A stretch of DNA of 64,000 nt from the human T2T-CHM13v2.0 reference genome, Homo sapiens. The notes under the pieces were generated by a model. It was not told where the DNA came from and made no database searches. It saw only the letters and a list, made by a program, of their open reading frames with translations. Position numbers and translations under genes: made by a program. The stretch lies in the NCBI RefSeq assembly GCF_009914755.1, contig NC_060948.1. One strand, written 5' to 3'. Positions 35,941 to 51,800 of the stretch are shown in pieces (within the stretch, counting starts at the first letter, position 1; each line of letters starts with the position of its first letter).

Positions 35941-38900
35941 GTAGAGAAAGCAGCAAGTATACATGATATCACTGATCTAAAAATAATTTCTTTTATGATA
36001 TTGCATAAATTGTTGATGCAGTTTGCTCCATGCCCAAAGGGTGGTTAATAACAGATTACAGATTTCTCCCTAAGAGACAATCTACAGACAGCGTAAGCTC
36101 CTTCAGTGGGAGTCCTAGACTGGGGTCCCCTGTCACTACACAGGACATGTGAGCAGCACATTCACAAGCTCTCAGAGCTTCAAGGGTGGCTGGATGTTTG
36201 GTTTTATACTGTGACCTCTTGTGCTTCCTCCGTGGGCTTTAGTGGGCCACATCACAAGTGCCTGACATCTCCAGTGTCAGAAGCTCAAGGCTTTTAGAGT
36301 CTTGTTCCACTTAGGCTGACCTGTTACCTATGGGGCCTGACAACATTCTAGAGACATGGTCCTAAATTCTGAAAACCTAGTCCACTACTTGAGTAAAATC
36401 TTGGTGTTTTTCTAGGAAACTGCGTTTTCACGCTTTGATGTTAGACAGCCCTGGGGCTAGATTTTGACTGTCACTTACCTGCTGGGGGACTCTGAACAAG
36501 TCATGTGACTGACTTCTTGAGTCTCAGGTTTAATATTTGCATAATGAGGTCATTAAAATGAGTAAATAAATGACCAAGTATAAAGAATCTAGTAACAGCC
36601 CGGCATACAGTGGGAGCTCAGAAAATTTGTTTCATTTTTTTCCACTTCCCTGCTCCCTTTTTCCATGAGGCCATTACCAGGCTTCCCTGGAGTCCATGTT
36701 ATGCAACTTGAAGATAAACCTGTCAAATAAAAAGGAAAGGAATGAAAGGGATGGGTAAATGAACCCTGGGGCAGAGCTGGGGGATGTGTAGTTGAGTGGA
36801 AAATCATAGACTTTGGAATAAAACTGAATTTTAAATACAGGCCCCATCCCTTGTTAGATAGAAGGCCTTGGAAAAATTACTTAATATTCCAGAGTCCCAA
36901 TACCCACAATGAGAAAACAATTACTGCTGTTTACAGAGGCTGTGAAGGTTAGTTGAAATAATGTAACCTGGCACACAGTAGGCCTTCGATGAGTCCTAGT
37001 TCTCTTTGTTTGCAAAAGTAATTTAATACTTGGGTGAAAGTGATTGACAATCAAGACACTTACACACAAAAATGCCCAGAGAAAATTATTTTCCTGAAGG
37101 CTCAAACATCCAGACTTTTGCTTGTTCTCCTCCCTTTTTGCTTGTGCAATTTTTTCCCCTTATGTTGGAGGCTGGGAAATAAAAGTCAGTCAACAAAGCC
37201 GTACTGACAACCTGTCATGCCCGAAGAGAATACTATGTGTTATGGATGGGAAACCAAATCAGACATAATCCTTGTCCTTGAGAAGGTTTGACTTAATTGG
37301 GGGAAATAAAACATGCAAAAGAGGTTATTTAAAATGCTTATGAATAGCCTGCTGACCAAATGCCAAGGTAGACCATGAAGGAGTGACCAGGTTTGGATGT
37401 GAAAAGTCAGGAGGGTTTCTAAGGACAGAGATTAGCAGGGAGGAGAACCCCCAGCAGAAGCCTAGGGGTGGAATGAAAAACCTCCTGCCTCTGGGATGGT
37501 GACCTCATTGACTTATCTGCACACCAGGAAGGCATTGTGTAGAGGTCATGAGATAACAAGTCAAGAGGCTCTTGAGCAATCAAATGAGGTCAATCACAGG
37601 CCTATGTTATTACCTGTTACTAGTGCTGGTAACACAAAAAAATCCAGTCTCCCAAACTGACTGGTTGGAAAAAGAGCTTAAACTTTCATCCACTATAAGG
37701 TGGGGACCATTCCTCTTATGAGTTTTTTATGTACATCTGAACTTCCTGGCAATTCTTACATAGAAGTAAAACTACACATCTCTGTGTAGTGTTGCATTGA
37801 ACAAGACCTGAAACTCCATCAGGTACCTCATGTCAGTATAGTAATGGTGCCACCTCTTACTGGAGCTTAAATCACTGGATCTTCCCACGTCCACAATTAA
37901 GGACAGAGGATGCTGGTCTATGCTCCCAAGCCCACCTTAGTGTCTGAATAAAACCCTCCTCCGTGCCCCTCTCTACAGCTGGGTGTTATTGTGGCATGAT
38001 GGCTATGAGCTGGCTCTGTTTCTCACTGGCTGTGTGAAACTTAGCCAGCTAAATAGGAGGATGATAATACTAGTGGTAATTCTTTCCTGTAATTGTAATT
38101 AATTGGGAGGTAATTAATTTAAAAGGCTTAGCATAGTGTCTGGCACACAGTAATCACTTACTAAATAGTACTTATTATCTTAAACTAGCTTGAAGTTTGG
38201 ACACTATTTTTCTCTAGAGCAGAAAGGGCAGATTTATGTGACCCAGAATGGAGGGGAGCTCCATTCATTAGGAATGGATCTAAACCCAGAGGTGATTCTA
38301 GCATGGTAGAGTGGAGAATCTTCTACCTTTACTCTTACAGCATATTTGAATGTTTGAAGCACTCTTTGGTGGGAAGGTTAATGGAAAGACTCAGTGGAGT
38401 GTGTGTATAATTTTTTTTTTTGAGTATTCAAAGTACAGCAACTTTTTCAGAGCATTGCTTAGAAATGGACATGTGTGTGTGTAAGTTATGCATAAATGAA
38501 AATATAAATAAATATATATATAGTTTTATACATATAAGTAAGTTTATTAATTTTCAATATGATGGATCTGATGCCACTGAAGACAGAAAGACTCAGCACG
38601 GCTTTACCACAGACTAAATGTGTGATCTGGAGAAAGTTATTTAACCCCCATCTCAGTTTCCTCAATTGTAAATTGTTATTATTATCGAACTCAGAGGCTT
38701 ATCGTGAGGATTAAACGAGATACCAAATGAAGTGTGCCTGGCCCACAGATGTTAAATGAGAGTTTAATGGAGACATGGAGCATTGTCATCAAAATCTTGG
38801 TTTCTTACCCAGCTCATTTACTCTCTGGGATAGTTTGGAAGAAATTATACATAAGAGACAGCCTGCTTGCGGAAGACTTGATGAGGAGGAGAACTGGTTG

Positions 38901-40095
38901 GGTGGACATATGTGATCCTTGATGCAACCTAAACCTCCTTTAGACAGATGATGGTAGTCATGCAGCTTGTCATGGTAGGAGGTTTCAAAATAAATTTCCT
39001 CTGCAGCAGTGCTAGGTTGTTTGCTTAGGAGATTGTACTTCTGACCTAGATACACCCTCTCTCTCTGGACCACAGCTGATAAAGAGAAACATCTGGATTC
39101 TCCAGGTTCACTGGTCTGGGAGGAGGAGAGGGTGGAGATCTGGGCTGAGAGTGAAGACACCTGGATTCTGGTCCCACTCACCGCTTGCCCATGGGCATGT
39201 CACTTCATCTCTGAGTCTCAACTTCCATGGGTTCAAACTGATGTTCTCTAAATTATTTCCAAGTTCTAGTATCTCATTATTCTACGAATGTATAACTTAC
39301 TTTCTAGATGAAGAACATGATCATACTAGACAAAGGCAATGCCAAAATGAAATCGCCTCATTCTGTTATGCAGTTTCTTTGGCTTTCTAAAAGGAGTAGG
39401 GCGGGATTCAGCCAGATGAATAATGATATGCAAACATGTTTCTAAATCCAGGATGCAGAGTCTGGTCTTTAATAACTTGGAGGCAATGCCCTCTGCTCTC
39501 TCTAACGCCCCCATCCCAGCAGTCCAACACAGGGCTCCTGGTTGGGAGGAATTGCTCTTACTCTTTGGCGAGGTTATTCTATTGGATTTCAGAGCTGGTT
39601 TTCAAGTGTCTGTCATTCCAGAGAGACTCTCCTCGGTACTCAGGCACCCAGCAGAGGCAGCTCACACCCTCTCTCCACATGTTACTGTGGATGAATGTGT
39701 CAGAGCAAGTTGAGTCATGGGAAAGGCATGAGCTCTCCTACCTGCTCCCCAGGCAGGTCCCTCCAGGGCTATTTTCTCTGGAACCAAGCTTAGTCACTTG
39801 CCAAACTCTCAAAACAGAGATGTCTCTAAAATTCCAGGACTGTTTGTTCCCAGGCAAAGTACCTTATTTGGTGGTAAACATAAAGTGGATAGAAAGTCTC
39901 TTCTGAGAAAAGCTACCCATTGAGTGATGAGAACTGGCCACCAAGAATATAACTGGGCACTTACTAGCACAAGCAAGTATAATTGCCACTGCTACATCTG
40001 TAAAGCCCTTGGCCATTGATGAAGCCCTTTTGTGTGCTTTGCACCAATGTATTGGCCTCACCACAACTCTATGTAATAGGTAGTATTATTTTTAA

Positions 40096-40514
<419 letters not shown>

Positions 40515-41021
40515 AATGATAGGTATTATTAAACCTATTTTACCGATGAGGAAAGTGAAGTTTAGGAAGACTAATTTTTGCCCAAAGTCACACAACAGAT
40601 AAAGAGTGAGTCTGGGACCTTAACTCAAGTCTTCTGACCCTGAACTCAGTGCTTTTACCATCAATACAACAGAACCAGGAAGTCCATTCAAATCTACATC
40701 CCCATATAAGCAGGAAGAACTCTGTGAATACTTCTTGGTCAATGATCTCGTGATTCATCAGCCCAATTTTCTTGACAATATCATTTTTATAGCCGTTTAG
40801 TCGTTTTCCTGACACAGTATGGCTCATGCACAACAAAATTAATCAGATAAGATATTGGAGCTGCTCTTGAGAAGTTTACATTCCAGAGAAACAATTCAGA
40901 TGGGAGAACAGTGTTTTATGATTTTGGTTTAAAGTCAGTGCAGAATAAGGGTTAAGAGACTAAAAAAAAAAAAACTTCTTATGGAAAAATTAGTTCACTA
41001 ATGCAAGTTAAAATCATCAAT

Positions 41022-41329
41022 TCTTTCTTTTTTTTTTTTTTTTTTTGAGACGGAGTTGTGCTTTGTCACCCGGGCTGGAGTGCAGTGGCACAATCTCGGC
41101 TCACTGCAAGCTCCGCTTCCCGGGTTCACCACCATTCTCTTGCCTCAGCCTCCCGAGTAACTGGGACTACAGGCGCCTGCCACCACGCCTGGCTAACTTT
41201 TTGTATTTTTTAGTAGAGATGGGGTTTCACCATGTTAGCCAGGAGGGTCTTGATCTCCTGACCTCGTGATCTGCCCACCTCTGCCTCCCAAAGTGCTGGG
41301 ATTACAGGCGTGAGCCACTGTGCCCGGCC
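41022..41329 (-). mobile_element. AluY-like
   Basis: CTGCAAGCTCCGC..CCGGGTTCAC..CCATTCTC diagnostics. Confidence 0.9.
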
Positions 41330-41522
41330 AATACATTCTTTAATTCACCAAGTATTTGCTAAGCATCTGTTATGTGTCAAGCTCTGTACTAGCAACTAAG
41401 AACCACTTAGTCCCGACTAGGTAACTTAACAGTTCTCAGGGGTAGGTAGAGATGTCAATACGTCCATTGCAATGGAGTGTAATAAGGGCCCCAGGAAAGA
41501 CACAAAGTTTTGTAGCACATAG

Positions 41523-41842
<320 letters not shown>

Positions 41843-42369
41843 TGAAGCACTAATATTTTACCTGAAGTGTAAACAATTAATAAAAATTGCCAAATAAACA
41901 AAGGGTACATGATCATTTGAGAAAATCATCATCATCACCACCATCATCATCAGTACAACCACCGTCACTCTATAATTACCTCCTATGTGCCAGACAATCT
42001 ACTAAGCCTTCTGTGTACATTAACTCATTTGATCCTCTCAGCACACCACAAGGAGGTATTGTAATTGTCCCCAATTTTTCAGATGAGGAAAATGATGAGA
42101 GAGATTAAGTGGCTTACCCAAAGTCACCCAGAGTCAGGATATGAAACTGTGCCATCTGGTTCCAGAGATCATATGGTTGATAATGGAAGGAACAACCAGT
42201 ACCAAGATGAGAAGGTATGCATGGGTGTTTATGTGAAGGATTGAGATTATTTCAGTGCGGCTGGAACATGGTATATAAATGTGTCTACCTCAGTGGCTCT
42301 CCCAATCTCTGTGCCTCTTCTCCTCTTTTCTCATCATTCTCTCTATGCAGTACTATTTTAAATACATAG

Positions 42370-42775
<406 letters not shown>

Positions 42776-45186
42776 TTTTTTCTTTTCTTTCTCCCTGACT
42801 CTGATTGGTGCCAAGACCTCACTTTCCATCACACCATGGGGTGTTGTGGGAGGGGCCAGTTTACTTCTGCTTCACACGGACTTGAGGAGGTGACTGTGGA
42901 ATTCCTGGTAATCCCTAGCTTTGACTTCTGTGTTCTTGCTTCCAGAATCCATCAAAACCACAGCTCAGTTTTGCAGCTTGGAGAATTCAGATGGACAAAT
43001 GCCTTCACAGGAAAGGTGGCTTTGATGTTCCACTTACTTCTCTGGGTTCTTGCTTTCTCTTAGACTTGAGGCTGGAATTTCTTACCATCCTGTCAGCAAT
43101 TTGATGCTTTTACAAATATGAAAAGAGAATTATCCAGCATTCTTAGTTATTTTCAGCAGGAGAGTTGGTCTAAATTACTAGTCCTTCAACTACAGGAAAC
43201 TCAAAGTCCCAAGACTCATCCAACTTTCACAACAACCCTGTGATGTAGATACAATTAACTTGATTTTTCCAATGAGGCAAATGTGATTCAGGGAGTTTAA
43301 ATAACTTGCAAAAGGTCACACAGTTCATTTATGGAATGAATCTTAGGAAGCAGTCTGGTTTTATCAAAATGAAGAGCGAAATTTGGTCTAGTCTAGAATG
43401 GTATAGATACCTCCCGATAAAGGAACTGGGATTGTGCTTGGGCTGAAAATCCAGTCCGCCCAATGGCACTACTGACCAAACCAACTGTGGAAAAGATTTC
43501 AATGATCTGTTTTAAACTCACCTAGGGCCTCCCAAGTGAGTTTTCAGTAAAGTCTTCCTCAATTAAAGTTCTTTCTCTAAGATTACACTGCTGCTAAGTA
43601 TAAAGACAAAGGAATTTTCCAGTGCCAAGCAAAGACAGACAGAGAGTAGCCTGGTTCAGCCACTGTGTCTGCCCACCGTGTTAGTGACAGCACTGTTTTC
43701 CAGAATGAGGAGAGTGAGGGCCGCGAGTTGGGTGGGAGAGCCCAAATGCAACAATAGTTTGCACGGCATATAAAGAGTTCTTGAAAGAGGTTGAAGATTT
43801 TTGTGAGCACATTCAATTGATTGAGACATGTGTATTTCCAAATAATAGATTTGTCCTCTTAATTTAAAGGAGACATATAATAGAAAGCTAGGTGTATTCC
43901 CTAACAGTCAATCACTTATGAGCCAGAGGAGGGAAGAATGATCTTTTTCAGAATTTAAGTTGCAAAATACGCCTTATCCTATGATAGACAGTTTACAGTG
44001 CCTGACAAAATGAGTAATCTTTTTGTTTTGTCAAATTTTACTCTAGCTAAGTGCCTCCAAGCTTAGGAAAAATAAAGACAACTGTTCTTAAATGTAATAA
44101 TGCCATGGACTCTCATGCATAGAAGCCTTCGATAACTAGAAAATAGTTATCTTTGACTTTGTGTTCAAAGTATAGGGGTTTCTTATCTGTAAAGCTGGAA
44201 GGGGATATAACTGGTTATAGATAAGGAAGGATGTGCATGAATTGAGTACAGTTACTTTCTAAGTCCTAAGTTAGTGCATAGCTGCAGTGTCTAATACCTG
44301 ATGGTGCTCAATATGTATTAATGGAATCCAAATTTCTTTCTCCACCAAGATCTCTGTCAAGTATATTTGATCATTAAGTTAACTGTTCCATTTTCAGGAT
44401 CCAGTAGTCACAAACTGTAGCATAATCCTAGGGTGTTTTATCTTACATTTTAAAAAAATACATAATTTGATTGTTTGTGTTTTAAAAGCAATACCCATTC
44501 TTTGTTAACAAATTTAGCTGGGATATTTTTATTTTGGCTTCACTAATTTGAATTTCAAAAGTTATACATGCTTATTGTGAAAATCCAGACAATAAAGAAG
44601 TGTCAAAATAACAGTCTCCTCATCTTTGCCACCACTTCTCTGATATAACCATTGATCACAAATCACCTTATAGCCTTCCATAGTTTTTCCTATAGTGCTC
44701 CCCTCACACACGTGCTTTTGTATTTTTTTTTTCCTACCTCTTTCTTTCTTTTTTTTTTTTTAGTAAAAGTGGTATTGAATGTATTATCAGTTTCGTGCAG
44801 TTCAACAGATACGTATTGAGCTCTTGCTTACACAGCGTCAAGAGCCACTGTGCTATGAGTGTGTATAATCTCTGTCCCTGGGCAATTTCTCACATTCTCT
44901 TTTGTTGTATTTCAAATTCATTACTGTTGCTATTCTCTTTATAAGTTCACAAGGGCTTTCCACTTCATGGTGTTGTGAAACCCAAATAATGTAATGTTTA
45001 TTAAAGCACTTAGTTAAGCATAAAGCAGTGAGCTATGACTGCATGATTACTAAGAATTGGTTCCATGAATAATTCTAATTTTTGTCACTGCTAAAGGAAA
45101 ATATGCTTCCTCTGCTTACATTTTAATTATTTCAGTAGGTTCCATATGTTTTCAAAACACCTGATTTTACTTACTGTATTTTTACT

Positions 45187-45542
<356 letters not shown>

Positions 45543-48429
45543 TAGAAATTCCTACTAGGTGTATCTTTAACAATTCTTTTTCTTCCATATTCTTGGCTAT
45601 ATTTGATAGATGAGAGTGATATTATAAATTTTATTCCGTTAATGTGTTTTAAAGTCTAAGATTTCTTCTAGCTTGTATTCCATGTTCATTGTTGTTATTT
45701 TATCACTAACTAATTAGTTACAGCCAGAGACTTTAACTCAGTCGCAAATATAAAGTTCTTCTTTGTCAGAAAGACCACACACACCTCTTGAAAAGTTACT
45801 TTCAGATTTGATCACATAATTTCCAAGTGTCTTCCAAGAAAGTGAGCATGACAGCCCTGAGTGAAAAACGGTGGCACTTGACCAAAACCTCAGTTTGTTT
45901 CTAATCATGTATGGATGGAGTGTAATTTGATTAAAGCTGACTGGCCTGAAATGATCCCAGTAAGATGCTGAACTGGATCTGGATGAAAGTCTCACTGTTT
46001 TCTGCCCTCATCCAAGCACTAAGGCATCACTGAAATGAATGAGTTTGGGATTTCATGTCCAAATCCATTTTTAATACTACCACCTTATGTTTTCATAGTA
46101 CCGTAGGCTTTTCAAAATGCTTTTATCTATAGTATTTGATCCGTGCAGTCTGCTTTTAGCTTCTGTATTTCAAAGACCAGTAATGGTTAGGTTGGAAGTA
46201 ATACCTATCAGAATAGTGACTTTGAAACTTTGAAATCATTTCCAGGTGTTTTAGATAGGCTACATTTGAGTGATGAAACTTTAAACTTTCTTTTTTATAA
46301 AAGAAAACTTTACTGCTTGAAGTAATCTTTTTAGAAATTAGTAGCCCCAAAGATTTCAGGGTGTGTTGTATTGTTCTTTTTTACAGTGAATGGGTGTAAC
46401 TTACTGCAATGTGAATAATGCATAATATTTGTAAGGAAAAGTAGGGAAGTAGGCAAGGAAAAAAGATGGGACAAAGAAAACTGTGAGTTTTCTTTAAATA
46501 TCTGAGGCAATGGAAAGGAATTTTAAGCAATTTCTTGACAAAAAGACTCTCCTTTTTTTGATTACAGTAGGGATGCCAATAAGATGGAAAAAAAATCAAG
46601 GAGAATCGGAGAATAAAATAATACCTGCACAGTATATATATTTTGGGGGCATTGTTGAGGTTGTACTTGTGATCTAATATCCATTTTTAAGTGTTTTGTA
46701 GATATTAAAGTTAATTTGCATGCGTACATATATATGTATATATACACATATAATAAATCCAGATATACATGTATTATATATCTATGAATAATACACATAC
46801 ATAACACATGTATAATAGATACTCCTATTAATCAGTATTATCACTTAGATTACTCAAGACCTGGAATATATATTTGGAACAAAAGTAAAATCCCTTATTG
46901 TGATTCTACTTGCCAGCTCCTTATTATGGTCAACGTCAGAAGCCTTTTCATGGGCCCAGCAGTCTCAGATGGCCTCTCCGAGGAGATGCAGTGCTGAGCC
47001 CCCAGGATGCCTCAGGCTCAGCCTGAGCCACCTCTGCCCAGGCCCAGGCCACCTCTGCCCAGGCCATTCCTGTGCCCTGGCCTGAATCACCCTAGAGGTC
47101 ACCTATGTGGACACACTCTGTGGCCTCAGAGATCTCATGGGGCCTGTGGCCCAGAGGGTTGGCTCCATGAACTTCACAGTATGGTCACCTGCCAATCCCC
47201 ATGGCATTCTGTCTTGGGGCTGTGAGGACACAGTGGGATATCAGGGCCCAGTCTGTGCATCTCTCATTCCAGGGAGGCCGGGGCCCTGAATCCACTGTCC
47301 CTTAGGCAGGAAGGGGACAGGGACACTCAGTCCAGGGCTGCAGCCATTTGTCACCTTTCATCAGGACTTTTGCCACACTCAGATGCCACTGGAATTCTTC
47401 TTTACTTAGCGTTTTTTAAAAATCAGCTTACCTTTAAAATTTAAGTGTGTGATTTACCCTCTTCTTTAGCCATATTTGAGAAATCAGGGTCTGATATACT
47501 AGTCAAATACCCGCACACATATACACATACACATGTGCACATACATGCTCACACAGACATATACATATACACATATATGTGAAAATATACACATGAAATA
47601 TATCCATGAAAGTAAACACAAAGTTAAAATAGCAAATGCTCAGTTCCGTATACCATCTAATCCTGTTTTAGGTTTAGAGTGGCTCTAGTCTTTCCCCTAT
47701 TATGGGTGATTCCTTACTGGTGATACAAAACAGGTTCAGATGGTTCACAGAGCTGAGCATTTACCAGCCATTCTAGCCTTCCCCCATTTTACAGATAAGG
47801 AAACCAAGGTCCAGAGAGGTGCAGGGCCTGCCCGAGGTCACACAGCACTGGGATTAGTGGCCAGCCCGCCTGACTCCCAGCTGAGTGCTCCTTTTACAGA
47901 AGCACATTCCCTGTCTGCGGTGTGCAGGGCCCCTTCCTCCAGAAGCACAAGTGGACTCGCAGAGGCCTTTTGGAGACTGTGGCCTAACACAGAGTGTTCA
48001 TTGGAAGGTGGGCTTCCTGGTGGCAGGCTGACAAGCAGGCGGATGGTCTCCTGGGTCCTGGTGGGACCAGGCACTGGCCCCTGGCTCTGTCTATGCTTTA
48101 TCTTCATGCTCATGGCTCCTGCAGCGCCTCAGGATTTGGGGAAGTGGGGAAAGGAGGGTCCCAGGGGAGAGAGAGAGCAGGGCTGTGGCAGCAGCCCTTC
48201 CCCAGGGAGCTGCTTACTGAAGAGATCATTAGTGGTACCAGCTCTCAGGCTGGCAAGGAAGGTGGCCTCATTAGCAAGCACCTTCCCCTGCACCACCTCC
48301 ACCTGCCCACCTGCAGCCTCCTGACACCCACACTGCCACTGTCACCACTGCCATCACTCCAGAGATGCCACATGATGGGCCTCCTGTTGGGGACAAGGCT
48401 GCTAGCTTAAGGGAGCCAGGAAGGAGATG

Positions 48430-48880
48430 TGTGTGTAGGGTGCCAAGGGTGTGTGTACACTGCACACACACACACAGACATGCTCACATGCATGGACACA
48501 CATACTGCATTAATAGAGGTGTGCACATAAGTCTAGCACACACACACACAACACAGACTTGCACAGTAACACGCAACTCCCCAAACACACGGTGCAAGCA
48601 CACGGATCCAACAGAGATGTACACAAGGGGTGGGTTTCAGTGTGAAGCCCCACCGTGCACACGTATAGAGACCCATATGGAACACAGGCACACATGCACC
48701 GTAGGAGATGCACGTGTGTATTCACACAAACATACAGTCCTGTCTCCAGACTCCAGAGTGTGCATGGAATTGTACACACATGAGTACGTGTCAACAAACC
48801 TGCAGACCAGCCCGGGGCGTACTACTGTGTGTGCAGGGATGCCCACGTGCACACGTACATGCATGCAGAGCACACACCAG
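48430..48880. repeat. CA/TG-rich low-complexity tract
   Basis: Dense CACA/TGTG; accounts for the His/Thr/Cys-rich ORFs here. Confidence 0.8.
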
Positions 48881-51800
48881 TTATTTTTTTCTTGGAATCT
48901 AACAAGGCCCAAGGAGCAGGGAGTGGCTAATTCCCTGGAGGAAGTGAGGAGACCGGAGCTGAGGACACGTTTAATTAATTCTTCTCATTCCCAGCAGGGG
49001 GAGAAAGGGAGAGAAGAAGGGAGAGAGGAATGAAATGACAGAGAGGAGAGGAGAGGGGAGAGGGGCAGCAGAAGGGTGAAGGTGAAGTGGGGAGGAACCG
49101 GTGTGGGCAGTGAGGAGGCTGAGGGACCCCAGGCCCAGAGGCATTAACCTTTTCAGCTTACGGCAGTCCCAGGGAACTCATCATTCAGCCCCGATCCCAG
49201 AACCAGACGGGTCGTTCAAGGTCAAGTGGTGGGGCTGGTGCAGAAATCCACCCTCAGTGCCCCCTACACACAGCTCTGGGGATGGCGCACACACGTCTTT
49301 CACCTGCTCCCACCGAGTGGAAACCTGCCCCCCAACCCCGAACCTCCCACGATCAGTCCCACTTCTGCTCTGTGCCTGCATTGGGTTAGGGCCCTGGGGG
49401 CTCTCCTATCACAAGTGCAGGGCACGGGCAACACAGCTGCCCAGGGAGGCCCCTGCTGGGCACCAGGACAGCTCCTCCCACCCCTGCCCTGACCTCAGCC
49501 TTGAGACAGAGTCAGGGAGATGGAGGTGGACAAGGACAGGGGCTCTGAGGGGGAGGGAGGATGTGAGCCAGGAGAGAAGGGAGGTGGGGCCGGGTGGGAG
49601 TGAAACAGGGAGATGGGGGGCAATGAGAGAGAGGGGGAGTCACTAAGCCAGAGATGGTGAAGGATGTGAGAGGGGCTAGGATGGTGAGAGTCAGACCCAG
49701 AGACACACAGAGAGGATGCTAGAAAGAACAAGAGAAACAAAAAAAGGTCAGAGGGTCAGGAAAGGCAGCCAGGCTCTGCAACTCTCCCAAGTCAGGAGGG
49801 AGGCAACTCACCTGGGGTGTGAGCGAGGAACCCTGGCCTAGAGAGGATGCTGTGTGACCCCGCCCAGGCACCCCACCTCTCTGAGCCTCAGCTGCTGGTT
49901 TCTAAAGCAGGGGGACCGGCCCTGTCTCTGAGAGGGCCCTTAGGCTCCGCAGGGAGGCTGGCCTGGTCCCTTTCTTCCTTCTACTCCCCTGAGTCATGTG
50001 GGCCTGCAGATGGGGGTGGGGGTCTCCCTTCCAGGGCCCTGAGTGGGCAGACCAGGTGAAAGAGGAAAGTTGCTGTGGGGCTGGTGTCGTGTGCTGCAGC
50101 TGTGAGCATGGAGTGATGGAGCGTTTGCCCTGAATATTGAAAATACATAAATATCCATTGTCAGGCACCAAGGCAGATATAAATACAGAAGGGAGGGTGT
50201 GCAGCCCTCAGCCATAATTTACCGGCTCTGCTACCCGCGGGGGCTTGGGCACTTGCACTTGGCCATCAAGAGGCTTTTCCAGATGGCTTTATGACCACCA
50301 GTGGCCACCTGGATCCCTTCTCCTGGAGAAGTGGCTCCTTGGGATCCACCGCCTGGGGTGAGGTGGGGCAAGGCAGGGTGTGTCATTCCTAGGTCTGCTC
50401 CGTCCTAGGCCTTTGGGGCCTCTCCCACCTTCTCCTCCTCCAGCATCTCCTTGTTTGGGAGGGACGGAACCACATCTGTATCAGGCCTGGTGTGTACCCA
50501 GCCCTGGTGCACTTGGATAAAATCACAGGTGTTCCATTCCTGCCCATGGGCACTTCCAGGCTGCGAAGCAGAGATGACACCCTAGGTCCTGCCCTTAAGA
50601 ACTCACCCAAGGGAAACGGATGGTGGAAGGGTCTGGAGAAGCCAGTATGGGGCAAGACCCGGGTCCACTCTGGAGCAGGCCAGAGAGGAGAGACACATGG
50701 CCAATGGTGGCCTCCAAGAGTCTGGCTACAGCCCAGCACACCCAAAGCCCTCAGCCTGGAGGGGAAGCAGCAGGACCTGGGGTGGAGGTCACGGCCCGCT
50801 GGCAGGCAGCTCTCTCTCTGACATCCTCCTGAGAGGACATGGGTCTTGCCCCATGCTGGCTTATCCAGAACCTTCCACCGTCTAAGAAATGTGCTCATTC
50901 TCGATGAGTAGACAAATGGAGGCCCCAAGGCAATTCCCTGCCTTTCCTCCCAGAGCTGGAGCTGGGACTTGAGCACCCTGATCCCTGCCACCTTCACATG
51001 CTGAGGGGCATCTTTCTCTTTGGGTTGGGACTCTGTGTTCAGGGCACTCACCTTCCCACAGCAGAAAGCCACCAGCCTCTATTGGGGGGTGTGGAGCATT
51101 CTCCCTTCCAGGGTGCCCAAGCCTCCTTTTCCCAGGAAATGGAGGCTGGGCTTCCCTGCCCTGAGCAGGAGGCTGCACTGGGAGGCAGGGGCTGGACAGC
51201 CACCTGCTGCCTGGGCCGAGGGTGGAACCTGTTTGTGTGGGATGCAGGCATTGAATCATGAACACGCCAGGTTGAGTGGCCCAGGGCCCTGCACAGAGCA
51301 GGGGCTGGGATCAGGTGGCATTGGTGGGGAGGGGCCGGGGGGATGCTCCGTGGAGGGAGGGCTGAGGCTGAGGTGGGGGTAGCAGAACCGCGCCTCCTAT
51401 TCCTTGCCTGCCTCTCTCATGTTTCCCTCCCCCACTGTCAACAGGGGCTCTCTGAGGCAGAGTCCTCACAGAGAGTGATGCCTGCCCGGGCCCTGCCCTC
51501 CAGGCCTGTTCTGCCAGAAACACCCACAGGTCAGGGCATCCAGGTGCCTGGATGGACAGCCACAGGCCAACTGCCTGGCCAGCCGCAGTCTTGGCCGGCC
51601 GCTCTCCTGTGGCTGCAGAAAGTGAGAGGTACTGCAGCCGCCAGCCCCCGCTACCCCGCCGCCAGGCTCTCCTGTCTGTCCTAGTCCTCGCATCAGGTGC
51701 AAGGGCACAGGCCACAGTGGAGTCTCTGGGTCTTCCCCGGGTGACTTTGCTGTTGGCTCTGGGCCCCACACTGGCCCTTCTGTGCCATCTGGGTGGCAGG

